Source: Lepidodermella squamata (taxonomy: Eukaryota; Animalia; Gastrotricha). Taken from it: DNA of 64,000 nucleotides. Positions 48,105 to 60,300 of the stretch are shown here, one piece after another (the first letter of the stretch is position 1; each line of letters begins with the position of its first letter). Position numbers and translations under genes: made by a program. The stretch covers positions 1,612,001 to 1,676,000 of the forward strand of contig JBLDXI010000033.1 in NCBI GenBank assembly GCA_047495785.1, read 5' to 3'. Under the pieces are notes generated by a model that saw only the letters and a list, made by a program, of their open reading frames with translations, did not search any database and was not told the origin of the DNA.

Positions 48105-49181
48105 ATGGCTACGTGCTGGGTCGCAGGTAAGAAATCGACGATTCCTATTACTTACCCTCTTTTCGCAGATAACAACCAATCATTGATGCGAAAATATTTG
48201 ACCAAAGAAATGTTCGAAACGCTCAAGGATAAAATAACATCGAAGGGCACGACACTTCGCGACATTTGTATCACCGGGGTCATGAATCAGCATTCATTGA
48301 TTGGGATCTACCTGGGCGATGAAGAGTGCTACAACACTTTCGAGCCTCTATACGACCTTGTCATTGAAGATTACCACGCGCCATACAAAGTTACCGAAAC
48401 TCACAAAACTGACTTCGACCCGAGCCACCTTGAAGTAGCTAATCCTGACCCTGACGGGAAATTTATCAAGTCGACCCGAATTAGGGTCGCACGAAACCTC
48501 AAAGGCTTTGGTCTAGCTTTAACTCTTACGACCGAGGAACGCCTCGCTATTGAAAGCAAAGTTGTCGAAATTCTGGAATCTCTCGGCGGTGAATTCAAGG
48601 GCAAATACTGCCCATTGAAAGGAATGGATGAAGAAACTCGGAAGCAGTTGGTCGCAGATCATTTCCTGTTCAAGAAAGAGGACAACTTCAAGGCATCGGC
48701 CGGTATTCTAGACGACTGGCCTGAGGGTCGAGGCATTTTTTTCAACGATAATAAGACCTTCTTGGTCTGGATCAATGAGGGCGATCATGTCAGGATCATC
48801 TCAATGCAACCTGGCGGTGACATTGAGGCGGTTTTCACCCGCCTGGCGACAGCGGTTAACGAGCTTAGTTCAAAGCTAGGTTTCCAGACCAATCAGCATC
48901 TTGGAAACCTGACTTCATGCCCGAGCAATCTAGGAACAGGAATGCGAGCTTCAGTTCACGTCAAGATCCCGCATGCCAGTCAACACCCTGATTTTCAGTC
49001 TGTTCTAGACAAGTACCATATTCAAGCTCGAGGCATTGATGGCGAACATTCGGAATCGAAAGACGGAATCTACGACATTTCCAACCTACGCCGCCTTGGC
49101 CAATCAGAGGTTCAATGCGTTCAAGATATGTACGACGGCGTGACTAAGCTGCTCGAAATGGAAAAATCATTGGCCAAATAA
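48105..49181 (+). CDS. Divergent single-domain phosphagen kinase paralog (NEGD variant)
   Basis: STRIRVARN, WINEGDHVRIISMQ, CPSNLGT, RGIDGEH, YDISNLRRLG; opposite orientation to the array. Confidence 0.9.
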   Translation: MATCWVAGKKSTIPITYPLFADNNQSLMRKYLTKEMFETLKDKITSKGTTLRDICITGVMNQHSLIGIYLGDEECYNTFEPLYDLVIEDYHAPYKVTETHKTDFDPSHLEVANPDPDGKFIKSTRIRVARNLKGFGLALTLTTEERLAIESKVVEILESLGGEFKGKYCPLKGMDEETRKQLVADHFLFKKEDNFKASAGILDDWPEGRGIFFNDNKTFLVWINEGDHVRIISMQPGGDIEAVFTRLATAVNELSSKLGFQTNQHLGNLTSCPSNLGTGMRASVHVKIPHASQHPDFQSVLDKYHIQARGIDGEHSESKDGIYDISNLRRLGQSEVQCVQDMYDGVTKLLEMEKSLAK

Positions 49182-49329
49182 TCTGAAGGATCTCAACTAA
49201 CTTTGAAATGACTTCTATTTAAGTGTCTTACAAAACATTTTCTCGACGGTGATTTTCAACATATTTTTCAGCCCTTTTACCTTGTGCTAATTTTTGTCTC
49301 ATTGAGCCAGCCTAATATTTCATTTTTTT

Positions 49330-50314
49330 TTATAAATTAATAAAATTTGCCATTATTATTAAGTTGAAAGCAGCGAAGCAAACAAGTGTGAATGTCGAGC
49401 TAATCGTGAATTTTAGGCTGGCACCCGAAGTTGTTGTCGGCAAAGAGGAAGTAGTCGTAGTTGCCGCTGTTGAAGTACTAGCATAGGGATCTTTACAAGC
49501 CTCGGGTAGTTGTTTAATCTGCTCTGCTGTTAAAACGGTCCGATAAACCATAACACATGCCAAAGCATCCGTTGTTTTCATGGTCACGTTTCTCCTCTGC
49601 CGGAAACTGTCAACAAACTCAACGTAGCCGAAAAAGAGCCCTCTGAAAGGGTACGGCAAGCGATCTTTTCCATCACCATTTTCCTGGAGAGGAAAACTTG
49701 ATATCGAAATCGGCTGCAATAAAGATCCTTTGTTGTCGTAAACAAAATGGCGTCCCGCCCGTGAATCATAAGTTATTGCAGCAAAATTCCAGGTTTTAGG
49801 TCTAAGCATCGAATAACGGGCTAAGCTGATCAGATTGCCGTTACCATTCCATAACTCGAGAATGTTGGGTTCGAAATAGGTGATTGCTATATCTTTCGTC
49901 ACCATAAGAATGCCACCTTGACCCTTCAACTCGGACAGATGGAAAAAGGACACGGTGTAATCTGGAGGCAGGCTCATTTCACTTCGAGCGCCTATATAGC
50001 AATCATCGCAGTCGAATTTTACAGAATAAGCCGCCTTTTGTCGGCCAAATGGGCCATCTGCCTCGGTCAGCAACCTCAGATCAACGAGAACGTTCATGTA
50101 ATTGTTGTAGCCGGACAACTCATAAATCGTTGACTTAGCATCAAATGGCCAGAAGCTGATGAGAAAGTTCGGCAAAGGCCAACCATAGGGTGTCCCAAAA
50201 TTTACAAGGCAACTGAAAATTTAGTGAATTTATTACCGATAAATAATGCGCAGTTGAAACCTACCAGAAAAATATTGCCGATCTAAGCAAAAATACTCTG
50301 AACCTTATTTTCAT
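49330..50314 (-). CDS. LamG/concanavalin-like domain protein with signal peptide, Thr/Ser stalk and C-terminal hydrophobic (GPI/TM) tail, 2 exons
   Basis: SFWPFD...ELSG, WNFAAITYD, ACVMVYRTVLTAEQIKQL, TTTTSS stalk; signal exon begins at 50314. Confidence 0.72.
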
Positions 50315-50780
50315 CTTTCAACCATGGCTGGTTCATTTTTAGCCATCCCCAAATTATTCCCCTTTAAAGATAAGGGAAAAGCTGCGAAATAAAGATAACG
50401 CAGTTTTATCGCAATGTCTTGAGGGGCGCATCCAATGTAAAATATGAGACGTTGATTTCACATTCGTTAAAAATAATAAATTTCAATGCATAAAAAATAG
50501 GCGCCGGTACAAATTTTAAGTAAGCACCGCTTCGTGATTTTCGGCGGAAAATTTTGGCAACCCGTGTAGCTAAATTTGATCATTTTCTCACATAGAACAA
50601 ACACGCAGTGCTGCATTCCTACAACACACAGCATGTTTGCTATCGCAATTTTTCCAATCTGCTATTCTCATTATTAAGGCAGTCGTGATGATGAGACTCG
50701 CAGTGCGCTGTTTACTTGCACGCACCCAACTAGAGTCCAACATTTTTTGCCAACCCGCGCGCACAATTTATCCGTGAAAA

Positions 50781-53108
50781 ATGTTAAGCCAACTGACGTT
50801 TCTCGTCTCATTATGTTGCTCTGAAGTTTTAATGTGTTTATCGGCAACAACATACAAGCCATGGTCATCGAATTTCACCTACGTACCCCCGTTGACAATA
50901 GCCGCGAGTGCTGGCGACACTTATCGAATGAGAAACCTAATTCTACGCGGCGATGACGTTAACAATCTCGACTGGTTAGGGCAAACCGCCCTACATATGG
51001 CTAGCAAATTTCAGCAAGTTGAGGCGGCTCGAATTCTGCTGGAATACCGAGCTAATTGCTGCGTTCCGAACGAAGAATACGAAGAAACACCGCTGCATCT
51101 AGCGGCTAAAACTGGGTCGTTAGAAATCATCAAATTGCTACTTCGAAATGGCGCGAAGGTCAACCAAAAAATATCAGATGGTGTCATCCCTGGCGGAACC
51201 CCGCTTTCCTACGCAGCTTTGTACCTACCCGGAAATGCTTTAACCCCAAGGTTACTTCTGGAAAATGGGGCTGATCCTAACGCGGTGAATTCTCAGGGCG
51301 AGAGCGTTTTAAGGCTGTACGCCCAACACGGAAATTTAAGGGCTGTTTCCTTATTAATCGAAAATTATCGAGCGAATGTTGAACTCGGAGGTAGCGGTGG
51401 ATGCTCGCCAGTCTATTTCATGGCAGCTACTCACCACGACTCGGAACGTTGGCCTGTTCTCGGCTACTTGCTTGCTAAAGGAGCCAATCCTAACGCAGCT
51501 TGTGGGCAGCATGGGAAATCAGCGCTCCATAACGCCATTTCAACCGGTAACAAAGTTTACGTCGAGCTGCTGACGAAATATGGCGCGGATGTGAATAAAC
51601 AGGACAAGTGAGATTTAAATCGAATTTATTTTTTAATTTATTTCAATTTTTTCTTTAGGTACAAACGAACATCGCTTTACTACGCTATTATCATCCCGGA
51701 TCAGCCTGATAAGGATATGGTGAGGATCCTGTTAGAGCATGGTGCTAATCCCAACCCGGATGATTTCGGACTTTTTGGCGGTTGTGCTGGAATTTTGTCG
51801 GCTTATTTAGCCTCCCTCCGGTCGAAAACTGGAATTTTATCCGCTGATACAGCGCTTCTTGAACTGCTTCTGAAGCATAACGCGACAGTTGATGCGTCAT
51901 GTAAGGAAGATGCTTTAGCGGTCGAACGGCTTCGAAATATTTCGAGAAGTCTCAATTATGAGCCTCGAAGTTCGAAACACTCAATTACTACAACAGGTAC
52001 AATTTCGTTCCAACTTCGAACCTATTTAGCAGCATAATATTATTTTCCAGAAGCTCCTGACCCTAGAAAGATAAGTAAAACACCGGAAATGATCTTGGCT
52101 TCGGTTTTCGGGGAAAAAGATTTTTTGGATGATCTGATTCGCGAGGGTCGGAATCTGAGCAAGCACTTGCGGGAAATTGATTTCAGTGGAAAAACTGCCC
52201 TTCATTGGGCCGTGGCCGGTGAGTTCTCAACTTTGGTGAAGAATCTCATCGAAGCCGGTGCGGATTTGAACGTGGAGGAGCATATTCATGGCATGCAGCC
52301 TCTTCACATTGCCGCGGCAACTGGCAATGTAAAAATGATGCAATTCTTGTTATGGAAAGGCGCGAAAGTTAATGCGGAATGCACTTGGGGTACTCCGTTA
52401 AAAATCGCGATTGAACAAGCGAATTCTCCTGAGGCTGTTGAGCTTCTGCTCAGCAATGGAGCCAAGTTGAACCCGGAGACTGGAACCTACGACCCATCTC
52501 TACTGCATCTCGCTGCGATAAATCAAAATATTCGGATAATTCAGTTATTAGTCGAGGCCGGGGCGAATGTCAACGGGAAATCTCGAGCTGAAAATGGGCG
52601 CACTGCCTTGAGTTCGTTGGTTCAATCCGACTGCTGCTACCCTCAAATACCTGTCCTAAGTGTTTTCATCAATACATTTGGCGCCACCTTGGAATCTCGC
52701 GACGAGAACGGCAAAACTGCGCTCATGTTAGCAATCGATGCTAGGAAGAGGAAAGAAGTAATCATCTACTTGATTGCTAAAGGAGCCAGTGTCAATGTCC
52801 TGGATCCTCAGGTTGGAAAAAAGCTCTATATAATTTAAAGTCGAAATTTATAACATTTATAATAGGGCTGCAATGCTCCTATCTACAATGTGATAAAGCG
52901 AGCGGCAACTACTGCTGATCGGTACTATCGCCACTCAATGACAGGCGGGGATCAGAATGAATCTGACGATGTTGCCGACATTGTCGAGCACATGATTGCG
53001 GCTGGCGCTCGGCGGAATGCGGTTGACAAGTGCGAACGTAAGACTCCGTTGCAGTTGGCTCGAGAGAAACAGCTACGGAAAGTTGTACTGCTGCTGAAGA
53101 AGCCGTAA
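50781..53108 (+). CDS. Ankyrin-repeat protein (4 exons) with a hydrophobic, signal-like N-terminus
   Basis: Many G.T(A/P)LH.A...LL..GA..N repeats across ORFs 50781-51611, 51717-52037, 52089-52838 and 52890-53108, separated by ~50-nt GT-AG introns. Confidence 0.88.
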
Positions 53109-53413
53109 AAAACCGGTTAATTCCTCATTTTGGGCACGAATTTCTGAACATTCTATTTTTTATTTTTCAAATAATTTTCATCTCAACTCGCTGAAAAATA
53201 AATTTCCTCATCGTCACTGAAAATAAAAACAAATAATTATTCGATTTTTCTAGAAGAACTTGAAAAAAAGATGACGACCATGCCAGCTCTTGGCCGCACC
53301 ACGCGCCGCTTGAACGCGTGTTCTTTTCTTGCTGCGCAGTGGTCACAATGATGGCCAAAGTTCGATCCATTGTTCCATTGTTGACAGGTTGGCGATGGGC
53401 GCGTGCCTGCAGC

Positions 53414-53421
53414 GTATATAA
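53414..53421 (+). promoter_or_regulatory. TATA box of the small HSP gene
   Basis: GCGTATATAACC in a GC-richer context, ~115 nt upstream of ATG 53536; AATAAA at ~55247 closes the transcript. Confidence 0.55.
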
Positions 53422-53535
53422 CCCGGCGGCTTCACCGTTGCAAATCATCAATCGCTCTTTCGCTTAATTCAAAGCAAATCTTCTTCTCGCTTTCGTTTAT
53501 CCACGGTTTTCGGTTTCTTCACCCATCAATCTAAA

Positions 53536-55081
53536 ATGGCTTGCTCATACACCTCGATCCCCTCGACCTTCGGCGCTGCTGCCGCTGGCTTCAACACCGT
53601 CCCGGTCAACGTCCAGGGTCTGTTGAACTCTAAGGCTGGCCTCTTCTCGGGCTACCCCGCCGCCGTCGACGCTGGTCTCATCAACGCCGGTCTCACCACC
53701 CCGTCGTCGTCGTTCGCCAACTCGACCGCCTTCGACACCACCTTCAACAAGACCGCCGCTGTCGAGTACGGCTACAAGTGCGGCTACACCTACGGCCAGG
53801 AGTGCGGTGCCCAGCTCGGCTCGATCATCGCCGCCCGCCTCAACACCTTCCTCGGCGCTGAGGTCGCCGCCCGCATCGGCTCGCAGTGGTGCGCCGAGGT
53901 CTGCGCCAAGCTCGGCGCCGAACTCGCTGCCAAGCTGTGCAACGGCTGGTCGGTCGAGCAGTGCGCCCGCTGGTGCTACTCCTTCGGTGCCGAGTGCGGT
54001 GCTGAGCTCGGCGCCGTCCTCGCCCAGCGCCTCGGTGCCATCTACACCGCCCAGCACGCCGCCAGCGTCGCCTCGGTCGTCTTCGCCGAGCTGTGCGCCA
54101 AGCTGTGCTACGTCATCGCTGCCCGCGTCGCCACCTTCGCTGGCCTCAACACCTTCTCTGGCCTGAACAACTTCTCTGGCCTCAACAACTACGCTGGCCT
54201 GAACTCCTTCGGCGGCAACAACACCTGGTCGAACGTCTTCGGCGGCCTCAACACCTACGGCTACCCGACCTCTTCGTCCAGCCTGTTCGGCGGCCTGAAC
54301 AACAACACCTGGTCGTCTGGCATCTACGGCTACCCGACCTCGTCGACCTTCGGTGGCTTCGCCAACAACTGGACCGGTGCCTACGGCTACCCGACCTCGT
54401 CGTCCTTCGGCGCCTTCCCGGCCTCGAACTACGGCTCGTTCGCCAACTCCGGCCTCTTCGGCGGCAACAACTGGTTCAACACCCCGGCTGCCTTCCAGTC
54501 GGCCGCTGTTGCCGGCGACAAGCTGTACAACATCGCCTTCCGCCCGTCCTCCGAGCTCGAGCACTACACCCTGACCAACCCGATCCGCATGATCGACGTC
54601 GAGGGCAACCGCCAGCTGTACCTCGCCTTCGAGCTCAAGGGCTTCAAGCCTGAGGATGTCACCGTCACCCTGAACAAGGCCGAGCGCGCCGTCGTCGTCG
54701 AGGCTGCCCACGAGATCAAGGAGGGCAAGGAGCACCACATCGCCCGCAAGTACTCACGCAAGTTCGTCCTGCCCGAGGTGAGTAAAACCATAGAAATTTC
54801 AGTCAACTCTAACTGAATGCTTTCCATCTTTTTAGACCCTTGCCAAGATCGACCTGACCAAGGTTGAGCTCAAGTCGTGCCTGACCCAGGAGGGCTACCT
54901 CGTCGTCGAGTGCCAGCTGCCGAAGATGACCACCGAGGAGATCGCCAAGTCGCCGGTCATGTCCGAGCTGTACAACAAGCTGCCTTTCGCCGGCCACCAC
55001 GCCGTCCACAACTTCGGTGGCTTCCACTCGATCAGCCACTCCGTCAACAACGTCAAGCCCGTCACCGTCAAGACCGCCTAA
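53536..55081 (+). CDS. Small heat-shock/alpha-crystallin-domain protein with a very long repetitive N-terminal extension (exons 53536-54777, 54836-55081)
   Basis: C-terminal FELKGFKPEDVTV...RKYSRKFVLPE|TLAKID...KSCLTQEGYLVVE; intron GTGAGT..TTTTAG; extreme C/T-ending codon bias. Confidence 0.85.
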
Positions 55082-55599
55082 GCGAAACGATTCACCGAGA
55101 TTAAGATGAGCGAAACAACGTGATTACTATACCCACAATATCAATCTCTACTAAGAACTTTGAAGAACATTTCCTTCATCATGATCATTTCATGCTGATT
55201 AATTAATTTATGTCAAATGCTTTTGCTCATGTGTTGGAAACGAATCAATAAAGATCTGCGTAATTGCGTGTAGCAAACTTCCATTGTTTTACTGCGAAAA
55301 TTTTGTAGTCAAAAATTAAGTTTTTTACTCCAAAATCTAGATAGTATTCCACCCGACAAGGTACGACAATCAACCAAGTTAATAACAAAAACAATAGGAC
55401 GATGACTCATTCTCAGTTTACTGAGATGACTGGCTCCATAAAACGAGATAAGATATCATTTTAGTGTCTAAATGACCCAGAAACTACCGTTAGTGTTCTA
55501 ATGACCCTGCTTTGCACTCAGCGTGACCCGATGTTTTTTATGCGGATAAGGAAACAAAGATTCACTCGAGAATCGCCCAGTGCCGGTATTAGAGCTAAA

Positions 55600-57161
55600 A
55601 TGTCAGCTCAAAGACATTCTAGAGTTTCACAAATCGCAATCGTAGCGCTGTTTTGCTTTCTAAATGGCCTGAATTACGTGAATCGTTTCACCCTCGCGCC
55701 AGTGGTTAACCGGCTAAAAGTCGACTTCAAACTCAGCGATAAACAACTCGGCTTCATTCCGACATGCTTCGAGCTGATCTACGTCATCTCATCGCCTCTT
55801 TTCGGTTATTTAGGCGACCGCTACGATCGTCGGTGGATTTGTGCTGCAAGCATTATCATATCAAATTTAAGCGGTATCGCCGCCAGTTTCGCCCCGAATG
55901 ATTCATACGTGATATTACTAGCCGGCCGAGCTTTGCTGAGCTTGGGCGAAGCTGCGTTCACCAGCCTCGGGCCAGTTTTGATCTCAGACATGTTTGCAGG
56001 GCCAGCTAGGACTTTAGTCTTGACAATTTTCCAATTCGCAATTCCAGTTGGATGCGGCGTCGGTTACATCGCTTCGTCATCAATAGCCGACGCTTTCGAC
56101 GATTGGCGATGGGCCTTTCGATTCACGCCGATTCTAGTCGCTTTGAATCTTGCCCTCATTTTAATTTTCGTCCGAGAACCGGAGCGAGGCCAAGCTGAAA
56201 ATTCGAACTCGACCCCTGAGACAAAAGCGCGATTTTTCGACGATTTATCCAGTATTTTACACGTTCGATCCTTCACCCTAGCCACGGTTGCTTTTATCGG
56301 CGTTTCCTTCTACAACGGAGCCATGGGCTACTGGCTGCCGTCACTCATCAGCAGATATTTGAAAATCTCAGCTCCTGACGACGAGAAAATGTAAATCCTG
56401 ATTTAACATCTCTCAAATAAATCAAAATTTCCATTTTTTAGGATAACTCAAATAGGTTTGAAATTCGGTGTTATAATGATAGCCAGTGGCATGGTGGGTG
56501 TCGTTAGCGGTTCCATAGCTAGCAATAGATTGAAACCAAAGATGGGCCAATCTTCTGACGGATTCGTCAGCGGAATCGCCATGTTAATAGCTGCTTCCTT
56601 GACTTTCGTCTGCTTAAACATGATCGAGGTTCGCAATTTTATTTTAACTTTAATAATCGGGCCATATTTTCCTGAATAGATCAATATGGCTGCTACTTGG
56701 GTTCTGATATTTCTGGGTACCGCAGCGCAGTGTTCTTGTTGGGTGTTGGTCTCTGAAATCACAATGAACGTCATTGTTCCAGCGAGGCGAGCTACGGCTA
56801 CAACATTCATGGCAGCAGTCTCTCATCTACTCGGCGATGCTCTTAGTCCTTACCTAATCGGAATGGTAAGACCTTCAATTGCCAGCTTGATGAGATATTT
56901 ATTTAATTGTTTTCATAGATGTCAGATGCGATACGCTTCCCGAATGATTTACTCGATACACAGAGAACAATAGATTTATTCGCTGATTTTATATCGATGC
57001 GAAACAGTTTATTTCTCACAACTTTTGTTATGGCCTTGTCTGGTGGCATGTTCCTGTTCAGCAGCTTGTTCCTTAACAGAGAAGCTGCGAAAATGAAGAT
57101 GACGGAAAAAAGCTCCCAGTTACTCAGCGATGATGAAAGTTCAGCCTCAACGATTAGTTGA
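55600..57161 (+). CDS. spin: Spinster-family MFS transporter, 4 exons
   Basis: NGLNYVNRFT, PLFGYLGDRYDR, GEAAF...P..ISDMF, FAIPVGCGVGY, WRWAFRFTP, EPERG, HLLGDALSPYLIG. Confidence 0.88.
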
Positions 57162-57399
57162 TGAAATAAATATCATTTTTCTAAACATTTCTCCCGCCTT
57201 TCGTGACCAAAACTTTGGCCCTATTTATCCTAGTTTTTTCATCATCAAAAGTGTGACTTGATAGCAACATCTTGTAGTGGGCTTGTTGATAGAGAACCAG
57301 GTGGTTCCTAAGTTCAATGTCGCGTGCCAGGAATGAACAAATCTAGAGGGGCCAAGAAGCTGAATCAATTCGTTATTTTACACGTTCAATTAAACAGCA

Positions 57400-60300
57400 A
57401 TGAGGGTTTTTACATTGCTCTTCTATATTGCATACCTCGTTGGTTCTGCTGTCTTCGCCGAAGCCAAAGAACCCAGGTAACAGAAAAGATTTATCATCGA
57501 ATTGTGATGATTCATCTCGAACAGATATTTCCTCACATTCCCAACGTACTGGACCGACGGCGCCTCGCGCATTGATTTCGACTTGTCTGTGCTGGAAGAT
57601 GAAGATGTTGCGCTGCCTCTTCAGTTCTCAGCTGAGCTAGATTTCGGCTCCAACGACACTTTATCTGCGAAATTTTCTCAAGATTCATGTAAGTATAAAA
57701 GAAAATATACTTTTAGCTTAATCTACATAAATCCGATGAGTAATTTCTTTTTCAAAATCCAAAATAAAATAAAATAAATTTAAATTGTCACTTTTTGCGA
57801 ATTTGTTTAATATTTTCCCATGTTCTTTCTGCTAAATTTGCTGAATTATTCTTTCCGCTCGAATACCTAGATAAAAAATTATGAGAATGAACGTGGAAAT
57901 TCGAATGAAAAATGATCTAGAATTGCGTCCTGTCGATCAATTTGTTTTATCACAATTTGTTTTCTGACAGTTGGTTTGCAACGGCATACTTTCCAGGTAA
58001 CTTTTCGACTTTTCATTATTGGAAATATTATACCTAAAATTTAATTAATTATTCGTAAAGAATGAAGACTTCGCAAAGTTCAACGGTAAGACGCCGCGAT
58101 TGAAGATTTCGTTCTCGTCTTTGCCGACGACATTTTCGATGAAGAAAGCTGATAAGAACTTTGCCTTCATCCAACTGGACAAAGTCTCGTACAAACCAGG
58201 TCAAAATGTGAAGATTCGCGCCATCATCGTCGACCGTGACATGAAGCCACTCGACCGTGGTTGCTTCACCGTTTCCGCCCTGTCGCCGACAAGCCAACTC
58301 ATCAAACAATGGACCCATTCTCTATCGGAGAAGAACCTTGTTTTCGACGCCAACTTCACGCTGCCAAAAATGTCGGCGATGGGCGACTGGCAAGTTGCCG
58401 TTGAAGGGAAGTCATGCGATGAGGGTTACGATTTGAAAGTACCGAAAGAAACGAAGAAATTTGTGGTGAAGCAATACGTCCTGCCGAAATTCACTCTGGA
58501 CCTAAATTTCCCCAACGGATTTCTCCTGTTTTCCGAAAACGAAGCAGCCTATGAAGCTTACATTGCCGCAAAGTTTGCTTAATTTCTTTCCTAAATTTAA
58601 TGTAATATTTTTTCTACAGGTATTCATTCGGTAAAGGCGTAAATGGCGTGGCTAATGTGACCATTTACCAGAGTGAATTCTGCGCTGGGGTCAAAAACGA
58701 TCGCAAGCTCAATATCAGCATGAACCTAACTGGCGAAGCTAATACCCGTCTGAAGCTGTTCGGTTTGAACTCGCTGTTCAACTCGTTTCACTCGAAGATC
58801 GCTTCGGGCTGTCAATTGACCTTCCAGGCCGAAGTTCAAGACAACTTGTCAGGCGAGAAGAAACATGTTGAAAAGACTATCAAGGTTCACCGTTACGACT
58901 ACGAAATTCGCAAGCTCGACTCATCAATGTCCGCAATAAAACCCGGCCTGCCCTTCAATGCTTACTTCCAAGCAACCTTCATGAATGGTTCTTCATACTC
59001 GGCTGAAATCGATGTTTTGGTTGAAGTTCGCCATCGCATCGCTGAAGGATTAGATCGTGTTTCATACAAAACGGCGACTAACAGCAATGGCTTTCTGGCT
59101 GTGACCACCAACGTGCCGGAAGATGCTACTCGAACGGTTATCGAAGTTTTCTACGGCTCGAAGCGCTACGTCGAAGTCCTTGCTACACGGCCATCGAATT
59201 ACGACGAACTGAAAAGCGCGATCACTTTGAGTTTCGATAAGGAAGGTTCAGAAGACTCGCCGAAAGTAAATAGATTCATTTTCTTCCAACCTGATTTTTT
59301 ACTGGATTTTATTTCAGGCTGGCGATGAAATGTCTGTCCGAGTCAATGCTGTCAACCTGGAAAAAGACGTCTTCTTCTTGGTAATTAATTGATTTAATTT
59401 ATTAAATAATTTCCACCCCTCCTTCTGGATTTCCAGTTTGCCACAGCGAAAAAAGTTTGGCTGCATCAGAAGATGGAAAAGGTCAATTCATCCTATTTCA
59501 CCGGTCGATTCGTCATTCCCGAGGAGGCTCGAGGAGATTGCATCGCGGTTGCCTGGGCTGAGGACGCAAAGCCTGATAAATTGGCGATTGATGCGGTCAA
59601 ATTCTATGTGCCAAGTGAAACTTCTTCCACTGCTCTTTCGGCCGAATTCGACCGCCGTGAAACCGGGCCGGGCAGTTCGGTTCGGTTGCAGGTGAAAACT
59701 CGCCAGCCGAATACAGTCGTTGCGCTATTGGGTGTCGATAGAAGCGTTCGCGATCTTGATGGTACATCGAACGATGTCACATTCTCAGACGTGGTCTCGA
59801 AAACCGGAGGAAAATCGAGTGGCGAGGCGAATTACAATTTTGGAGGCTGGCTCCCGGAAAGATTGGCAGAAAATTGCCTCGAAGCTTATCTAGCCGTAAG
59901 ATTTATCTTCATAATTCCGCTTTGCTTTTAAAATCTGGTGTTTATAACCGTTAGGAGCTGGGTATCGAATGGGTTTCCAACATCAAAAGCTGCCCCGAGT
60001 TTCCCCCTCATACAGTGAGTTACTTCCAAGCCCATTTTAGTTGTGGCTTTAACAAATGGCTTCACATTTGTGCTCTAGCTTCAAGGTCCCTGGGAATACG
60101 AATATGAGGATAGATCTGCGGCTGGTTTCGAAGTTGATAATGATGATCGTAGTGCTCCGTGGCTTCCTATTAGTGGCTCAGCCATCGAGCGAATAGTAGG
60201 TGGCTCTGGACAAGGCTTTGGAGGCATGCGTGGGCCTCGCGTCGGAGCAGCACCACCTGCCAAACCGAAAATTTCTACTGTTAGGCAATTCTTCCCCGAA

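Noticed and set aside
53135-53265. Possible heat-shock elements (GAAcaTTC, TTCtaGAA) upstream of the sHSP
   Set aside because: Only two-unit matches; not distinguishable from chance.
53545-54738. 397-aa minus-strand ORF and alternative-frame ORFs over the sHSP gene
   Set aside because: By-product of extreme C-ending codon usage; no recognisable motifs.
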